A stretch of DNA of 32,000 nucleotides, from assembly GCF_003428155.1 (NCBI RefSeq), contig NZ_QLIR01000005.1:84312-116311 (forward strand), read 5' to 3'. The translations under genes were made by a program, and so were the position numbers. Shown one piece after another: positions 26,596 through 32,000 of the stretch; the stretch's first letter is position 1, and every line of letters starts with the position of its first letter. The notes below the pieces were generated by a model. The model did not search any database. It was given only the letters and a program-made list of their open reading frames with translations, and was not told the origin of the DNA. The DNA comes from Fastidiosibacter lacustris. GTDB taxonomy: Bacteria > Pseudomonadota > Gammaproteobacteria > Francisellales > Francisellaceae.

Positions 26596-28512
26596 ATGTC
26601 AGAAGGTTGGTTGACACAATATCAACGAAGCATTGATGATAATGCTACGTTTTGGGCAAAAAAGAGTGAGATTATTGATTGGATTAAACCGTGGAATACT
26701 GTAACCAGTGGATCCTTTCAAGAAGGAAATGTAAAATGGTTTGAAGAAGGTATCTTAAATGTTTCTTATAATTGTGTTGATCGCCATTTGTCAAAATATG
26801 CAGATAGAATTGCATTTTATTGGGAAGGGGATAACCCTAAACATAGTCAAGCGTTGAGTTATCAAGCACTTTACGATAGGGTTAATCGCTTTGCTAATGT
26901 TCTTAAAACCCTTGGTGTCAAAAAAGGTGATGTAGTTTGTATTTACTTGCCAATGATTGTCGAAGCACCTGTTGCTATGCTTGCCTGTGCGCGTATTGGT
27001 GCGGTACATTCAGTTATTTTTGGTGGTTTTTCCCCTGTTGCAATCGCTGATCGTGTTAATGATGCAAAGTGTACATTTATCATTACTGCAGATGGCGGTT
27101 ATAGAGGTGGAAAATCTATTCCACTGAAAACTAATGTTGATGAAGCAATCAAAAACTGCCCAACAGTTGAAAAAGTACTTGTGGTTGAGCATGCCCACAA
27201 CATAAATAATTGGAATGATAAAATTGATGTCCATTATTATAAGCTTGCTCAGCAAGTAGACGTGTTCTGTCCAATTGAACCCATGAATGCGGAAGATCCA
27301 CTTTTTATTTTATATACTTCAGGTTCTACAGGTAAGCCAAAAGGTGTAGTACATACTACAGCAGGTTATTTGGTTTATGCAGCAACAACACACAAACAGA
27401 TTTTTGATTTGAAAGATGGTGATGTTTATTGGTGTACAGCTGATGTCGGTTGGATTACAGGACATTCATATGTTATTTATGGACCACTGGCTAATGCCAC
27501 AACAAACGTGCTATTTGAAGGGGTCCCAAGTTATCCACAAAAATCACGTTTTTTTGATGTGGTTGATAAATATAAAGTGAATATTTTTTATACTGCACCT
27601 ACGGCTATAAGAGCTTTACAAGCAGAAGGTGATGATGCCGTATTGGCTAATACAAAAAGAGATTCGTTACGTATTTTAGGAACAGTTGGTGAACCAATTA
27701 ACCGTGAAGCTTGGCATTGGTATCACGATAAAGTAGGCAAGGGGAAGTGTTCAATTGTGGATACTTGGTGGCAAACTGAAACAGGTGGGGTTATGATTTC
27801 ACCTGATCATACTCAATATCAGAAACCAGGTTCAGCAATGTATCCTTTTTGGGGGATTGAGCCTGCGATTTTGGATAAAAACACTGCCAATGAACTAAAG
27901 GGTGCGTTAACAGCACATGATTATGGTGCAATTGTTATTAAACGTCCGTGGCCGGGGATGATGCGTACGCTCTGGGGTGATCATAAGCGTTATATGGATA
28001 GTTATTTTAATGTTTATCTAGGTTATTATTTCCCAGGAGATGGTGCATATCGTGATAAAGATGGGCACTATTGGATAAGTGGTCGGTTAGATGATGTAAT
28101 CAGCATTGCAGGGCATAGAATTGGTACAGCTGAAATTGAAAGTGTTATCGATTCTCACGAAGCTGTTGCAGAAACAGCTGTTGTTGGCATTCCAGATGCA
28201 ATTAAAGGTGAAGTCATTTATGCATATGTAATATTAGAGAAAGGTATCACACCATCTGAATTGCTTAAACAAGATATTATGGAATGGGTGCGCAAAACGT
28301 ATGGTCCTATTGCCAGTATTAAAGTAATCCAATGGGTGCCAATGCTGCCTAAAACGCGTTCAGGTAAAATTATGCGTCGCATATTACGTAAAATTGCGCA
28401 TTTTGAAGAACAGCAAATCGGCGATACCTCTACCCTTGCCGATGCAAATTGTGTTAAAAACTTAATTGCTAATCGTTCAGATTATCGAATTGTTAAGAAA
28501 GGGTCGCAGTAA
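26596..28512 (+). CDS. acs: Acetyl-CoA synthetase (AMP-forming)
   Basis: Colinear with E. coli Acs: DTFW-like NATFWAKK, ACARIGAVHSVIFGGFSP, EDPLFILYTSGSTGKPKGV, WWQTETGG, GDGAYRDKDGHYWISGRLDDV, PKTRSGKIMRRILRKIA (regulatory Lys). ATG at 26596 preferred (AAGGA 8 nt upstream) over 26575. Confidence 0.95.
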   Translation: MSEGWLTQYQRSIDDNATFWAKKSEIIDWIKPWNTVTSGSFQEGNVKWFEEGILNVSYNCVDRHLSKYADRIAFYWEGDNPKHSQALSYQALYDRVNRFANVLKTLGVKKGDVVCIYLPMIVEAPVAMLACARIGAVHSVIFGGFSPVAIADRVNDAKCTFIITADGGYRGGKSIPLKTNVDEAIKNCPTVEKVLVVEHAHNINNWNDKIDVHYYKLAQQVDVFCPIEPMNAEDPLFILYTSGSTGKPKGVVHTTAGYLVYAATTHKQIFDLKDGDVYWCTADVGWITGHSYVIYGPLANATTNVLFEGVPSYPQKSRFFDVVDKYKVNIFYTAPTAIRALQAEGDDAVLANTKRDSLRILGTVGEPINREAWHWYHDKVGKGKCSIVDTWWQTETGGVMISPDHTQYQKPGSAMYPFWGIEPAILDKNTANELKGALTAHDYGAIVIKRPWPGMMRTLWGDHKRYMDSYFNVYLGYYFPGDGAYRDKDGHYWISGRLDDVISIAGHRIGTAEIESVIDSHEAVAETAVVGIPDAIKGEVIYAYVILEKGITPSELLKQDIMEWVRKTYGPIASIKVIQWVPMLPKTRSGKIMRRILRKIAHFEEQQIGDTSTLADANCVKNLIANRSDYRIVKKGSQ

Positions 28513-28562
28513 TTTCAGTATAAGTTTGAATTTTGATTAGCGTTTACTATTTTCCTGTATGA

Positions 28563-29756
28563 TCAGATAGCTAAGCTGTTGTAGTTTTTTGGTGTCTTAA
28601 ATTTAAAAATCAAAATAATTGCCAAAATATAAAAACAAGTAATCATGCCACCAAGTAAAATCAAATTTGGATACATTAAATTGGCAAAAATTAATGAAAG
28701 AGCAATAAAAAGGTCAAGACTAAGCCCATAAATGGACGATGCAACTGCATTATGGGATTTTTCTATGAGCAAGAAAGCAATAGTCGATGAATTGACGCTT
28801 ACTAATGCAGATGAGAAACCAAATAAAATTGCACTGATACCTATAATATAGATGGCAAGATTCACGGGAGCTAAATATGCAAAGATAAATAACAAACCGC
28901 TAAAAACTGCTACAAATGAAAATAATAAAGCGCTTTTCTCATAACTCATTATTCCATGTAGCCAACGAATATTTATCCAGCGGCCAATGGCACCAAAGAG
29001 GATAAGTAAAAAGGACAACCAACCGTAAATAATTGTGCTATAACCAAGTGTACTGATGACAATATAAGGTGTACAAATATAGAAAATTGACATCCCTGAC
29101 CAAGCAGCAGAAGTAATATAACAATAACTTAGAAACTTTATATTTTTAAGGATGTTAACCATTTTTTTGCGACTGGAAATTTTTTGGTCGCTTTCATGAG
29201 AAGGCGGATTTTTAAAGTAAATAAGTACAACAAATAAAGTTAAAATTGAAATAAGAATAACGCTATTAAAAACCGATTGCCAACCACCAAAGTAAACAAT
29301 ATAACCACCAATAAAGCCGGCGATAGAGGGGGCAACGTAGAATAAAAGTGTTAAGCTTTGCCAGGCTCTGACATATTCGTTGCCAGTCAGTAAATCTTTA
29401 GGAATGGCAATTGCAATAATGTATAAACCAGATGCACCAATCCCTTGTAAGATGCGTCCCAAATAAAAAATGTAAATGCTGTTTGCTAAAAGACAAATGA
29501 CACTGCCAAGAGCAACTACGCAAGCATATAATATGAGAGCTACTTTGCGACCAAATTTATCGCTGATAACTCCAGCAGGAATTGCAAAAACTGCTCCTGC
29601 TATAACAAATAAGGTAAGCGTTAATTGGCTTTGACTAACACTTACTGCAAAATCTTGCTGCAATAAAGGCAAGGCAGATATGTACATATCATAAGCACAA
29701 ACGTATACACCAACTAAAAAAATAGCGAAAAAATAAACGTAATTTTGTGCTTTCAT
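28563..29756 (-). CDS. MFS transporter (12-TM, Bcr/CflA-like drug:H+ antiporter type)
   Basis: 12 hydrophobic segments. MFS motif A GVISDKFGRKVAL between TM2 and TM3. Confidence 0.75.
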   Translation of the reverse strand: MKAQNYVYFFAIFLVGVYVCAYDMYISALPLLQQDFAVSVSQSQLTLTLFVIAGAVFAIPAGVISDKFGRKVALILYACVVALGSVICLLANSIYIFYLGRILQGIGASGLYIIAIAIPKDLLTGNEYVRAWQSLTLLFYVAPSIAGFIGGYIVYFGGWQSVFNSVILISILTLFVVLIYFKNPPSHESDQKISSRKKMVNILKNIKFLSYCYITSAAWSGMSIFYICTPYIVISTLGYSTIIYGWLSFLLILFGAIGRWINIRWLHGIMSYEKSALLFSFVAVFSGLLFIFAYLAPVNLAIYIIGISAILFGFSSALVSVNSSTIAFLLIEKSHNAVASSIYGLSLDLFIALSLIFANLMYPNLILLGGMITCFYILAIILIFKFKTPKNYNSLAI

Positions 29757-29905
29757 GATGTTTTGAAATGAATGAGCTCTTTAAGTCAAAACAGTATAAC
29801 AGAAGGGGTTTGTAAATAAAGAGATAGCATGGTATTGTTAGCAATTGCTTTTAGTTAAGACTTTTATTATTTTCTAGTAGTAAGAAAACTCAGTAATTTA
29901 TTTAG

Positions 29906-31240
29906 TTATGCTTCTTTACGATTATGCAGATTCCAGCACAATGCAAGTAAAATAGTTGCAATGATGCTTGCTGTAAGTAAGAAAATAAATACTTCATTCC
30001 AACCATAATAAGCTGCAATTATGCCAATGACGGCTTGTGCGCCAACCGTTCCTAAAAAGTAGCCAAAAAGTCCAGTAAATCCAGCAGCTGTTCCTGCTGC
30101 TTTTTTTGGTACTAAATCTATTGCTAAAATACCAATTAAGGCTACAGGTCCATAAATCAATATTCCCATAGCGGATAGAGAAAGTAGCATTATCCAAGGT
30201 GTATTGCTTTGCCAATAAACAAATAATACAGCAATAAATAACACCATACAGATAACGCTCATGGGTGCGCGACGACCATTAAATAAACGGTCTGTTAACC
30301 AACCAATTAAAATTGTTCCAGGGATGGCAGGTAACTCAAATAAAGCAAAGCCAAGCAAACCTGTTGTCATAGACATATGTTTCACTTGTACAAGATAATA
30401 GGTGGACCAGCTTAAAAGGCCATAACGTGCACAATAAACAAATGCATTAGCAATTGCAATTGTCCAAATCCAAGGGTTGTTTAACACATGTTGAAAAAAT
30501 ATTGCTTTTGCGCCTAACTCTTTTTCTCGTTCTGCTTTGGTTTTAGCACATGCCACAGGTGGATAGTCATGGCTATAATCTTCAATTGGAGGTAAGCCGA
30601 CAGATTGAGGTGTATCTGCACCAAAAATGAGAATAAGCACGGCAATAGAAATACATAAAATTCCAGCAAGATAAAAAAGACCATGCCAATTGTCTTTAAA
30701 TAAAAATATACCTAATGGCACTACGCCGATTGCAAATATGCCTGCTCCAACGTTATGTGCGGTGTTCCATATCCCCATTTTGGTACCACGCTCTTTATCA
30801 CTAAACCAGTGGGTAATGATGCGCGCACATGCAGGCCACCCCATGCCCTGTCCCCAGCCGTTTAAAAACATTACAAAAAACATGATTGCAACACCAGCAT
30901 TTAAGAATGAAGGTAGAAGTAAATTTAAAGTACCAGAAATTAATAGCCCTGTTGCTAAGAAGACTTTAGCATGGCTGCGATCAGAGACATTCCCCATTAA
31001 GAATTTGCTCAAGCCATAAGCGATTCCTAAAGCAGCACCGATAAACCCAAGTTGATCGGTTGTTAAAGTAGTAATATATTGCTTAGAAATATCAAAGCTG
31101 CTGCGCCCAAAGTAATAGGTAAAATAGCCAATATAAGCGACCAAAAACATTCTTAATCGCCAATGTGGATAGAGTTTGGCAACTGTTGTAGCTGGTAACA
31201 TTGTGACCGCTTTAGCGGGTTTAAAAAAGTGTTGAATCAT
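29906..31240 (-). CDS. MFS organophosphate:phosphate antiporter family (GlpT/UhpC-like sugar- or glycerol-phosphate transporter)
   Basis: N-terminus W/RLRMFLVAYIGYFTYYFGRSSF and GIAYGLSKFLMGNVSDRSHAKVF match the GlpT/UhpT signature region. 12 TM segments. Confidence 0.75.
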   Translation of the reverse strand: MIQHFFKPAKAVTMLPATTVAKLYPHWRLRMFLVAYIGYFTYYFGRSSFDISKQYITTLTTDQLGFIGAALGIAYGLSKFLMGNVSDRSHAKVFLATGLLISGTLNLLLPSFLNAGVAIMFFVMFLNGWGQGMGWPACARIITHWFSDKERGTKMGIWNTAHNVGAGIFAIGVVPLGIFLFKDNWHGLFYLAGILCISIAVLILIFGADTPQSVGLPPIEDYSHDYPPVACAKTKAEREKELGAKAIFFQHVLNNPWIWTIAIANAFVYCARYGLLSWSTYYLVQVKHMSMTTGLLGFALFELPAIPGTILIGWLTDRLFNGRRAPMSVICMVLFIAVLFVYWQSNTPWIMLLSLSAMGILIYGPVALIGILAIDLVPKKAAGTAAGFTGLFGYFLGTVGAQAVIGIIAAYYGWNEVFIFLLTASIIATILLALCWNLHNRKEA

Positions 31241-31512
31241 AAAATAATCATTTTTATTAAAAAAACAACGGTTGAGTTTAGTTTAAGTTGTTTTCAAAGT
31301 AATGCAATTTTAAATCTATAGAATAATGTAACATTTTATTGAAATTTTAAGAAGGGTTACACAAAAAGAGTATTGATCAATAAAACGTAGATAAATGTGC
31401 TTACACAAAAAAATACAAAACCACAAATAGTTGCATTGATGTACACACTTTTCTTGCTGAACTTAAAGATAGAATTACATTTTATATAGCGTTTAAATAG
31501 TACATTTGCAGT

Positions 31513-31538
31513 AAACCAAGTAATAAAACCAAGTAATA
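31513..31538. repeat. Perfect 13-bp tandem duplication (AAACCAAGTAATA x2)
   Basis: Read directly: 31513-31525 equals 31526-31538. Confidence 0.9.
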
Positions 31539-31560
31539 ATTATGGTAATAATAAGTGATA

Positions 31561-31616
31561 TGAAAAAACTAATTAGCATAAGCGTTAAGGTTTTTTATTA
31601 AGTGTCGTTATGCTAA
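31561..31616 (-). terminator. Intrinsic-terminator candidate for the right-edge minus-strand gene
   Basis: Perfect 9-bp inverted repeat TTAGCATAA (31573-31581) / TTATGCTAA (31608-31616) with a 26-nt loop. On the minus strand it is followed by TTAGTTTTTT. Lies 45 nt downstream of the stop at 31661. Confidence 0.35.
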
Positions 31617-31660
31617 CGGAAATACGTAAAAAGTACAAGATGAGGCAAAGTGTGTGTGGA

Positions 31661-32000
31661 TTAATGAGAGTCAGAGCTGTTAGAGGGCATAGAATGTATT
31701 GAAGGCCCAACTATCTTCAAAGAGCGTGAAGATTCAGAAACGCTAGTCAATTCAGTGGAATCAGAAACTTGAGGGGTTTGATGAGAATGATGATTGTTAT
31801 TATTTGTATGTATAGCTTCAGTTGTCATTTTTTCATCAATTATTTCCGTTTGTATGCTATTCTGTTCCTCTACCATTTCAACTTTGATTTTATCTAAGGT
31901 AGGTTTGATGTCAGAATAAGCTTTATCGATTTCCTGGTTAAATTGACCTTGACTTTGTGCCTTTAACACTTCCTCTACCTTTTGCTGTAACTGATCTAGT
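31661..32000 (-). CDS. 3' part of a coiled-coil protein with a Ser/His/Asn-rich low-complexity C-terminus (truncated by the window edge)
   Basis: The minus-strand frame is open from 32000 (…LDQLQQKVEEVLKAQSQGQFNQEIDKAY…) to the stop at 31661. The track's GTG start at 31969 is probably internal. Confidence 0.45.
   Translation of the reverse strand, partial: LDQLQQKVEEVLKAQSQGQFNQEIDKAYSDIKPTLDKIKVEMVEEQNSIQTEIIDEKMTTEAIHTNNNNHHSHQTPQVSDSTELTSVSESSRSLKIVGPSIHSMPSNSSDSH

Noticed and set aside
29757-29905. Palindrome AGCAATTGCT between the two MFS genes as a terminator
   Set aside because: It is a loop-less palindrome (effective stem 4 bp or less) with no adjacent T-tract on the relevant minus strand. 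Not a credible intrinsic terminator.
21567-31019. Remaining short track ORFs (21567-21785, 22836-23060, 24279-24666 group, 26204-26407, 26791-27255, 29994-30215, 30690-31019)
   Set aside because: They are embedded in or antisense to GT39, the LpoB-like gene, the TPR lipoprotein, acs and the GlpT-like gene. No supporting signals.

Overview
This is a densely coding, AT-rich window (mid-30s % GC by eye). The gene content fits a Gammaproteobacterium, perhaps Legionellales- or Thiotrichales-like, but that placement is inference only. I support about 29 protein genes and found no rRNA, tRNA, CRISPR array, IS element, integrase or phage genes, so it reads as core chromosome rather than an accessory island.

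Gene order, left to right:
- An unidentified gene start at the left edge (-).
- An asmA-like gene followed by recG (-).
- lptM (yifL-type lipoprotein) translationally coupled to a DUF481 beta-barrel outer-membrane protein (+).
- An orphan 149-aa helical protein coupled to rlmB.
- A Sel1-repeat protein overlapping ung.
- A six-gene arginine cluster: GNAT::argG fusion, argC, acyl-ornithine carbamoyltransferase argF', argB, M20 deacylase, argH.
- gyrB.
- An A-type Fe-S carrier, sufT-like gene and coaD.
- cls followed by an EEP-family gene (clsB/ybhP-like pair), and a GT39/ArnT-like glycosyltransferase (all -).
- Three exported envelope proteins: DUF2147, an LpoB-like lipoprotein and a large TPR-like lipoprotein.
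- acs.
- Two MFS transporters (-).
- A coiled-coil protein truncated at the right edge (-).

The most interesting signal is the arginine cluster. Its carbamoyltransferase resembles the Bacteroides N-succinylornithine type, including the Pro specificity residue. Its first ORF fuses a GNAT acyltransferase in frame to argininosuccinate synthase, while a perfect internal Shine-Dalgarno (SD) plus ATG is retained at the junction.

Secondary leads are the lptM-DUF481 coupling, the LpoB-like/TPR lipoprotein pair with an unusually GC-rich non-coding spacer, and a stand-alone sufA/sufT pair. All family assignments come from motif recognition by eye. No database search was run.
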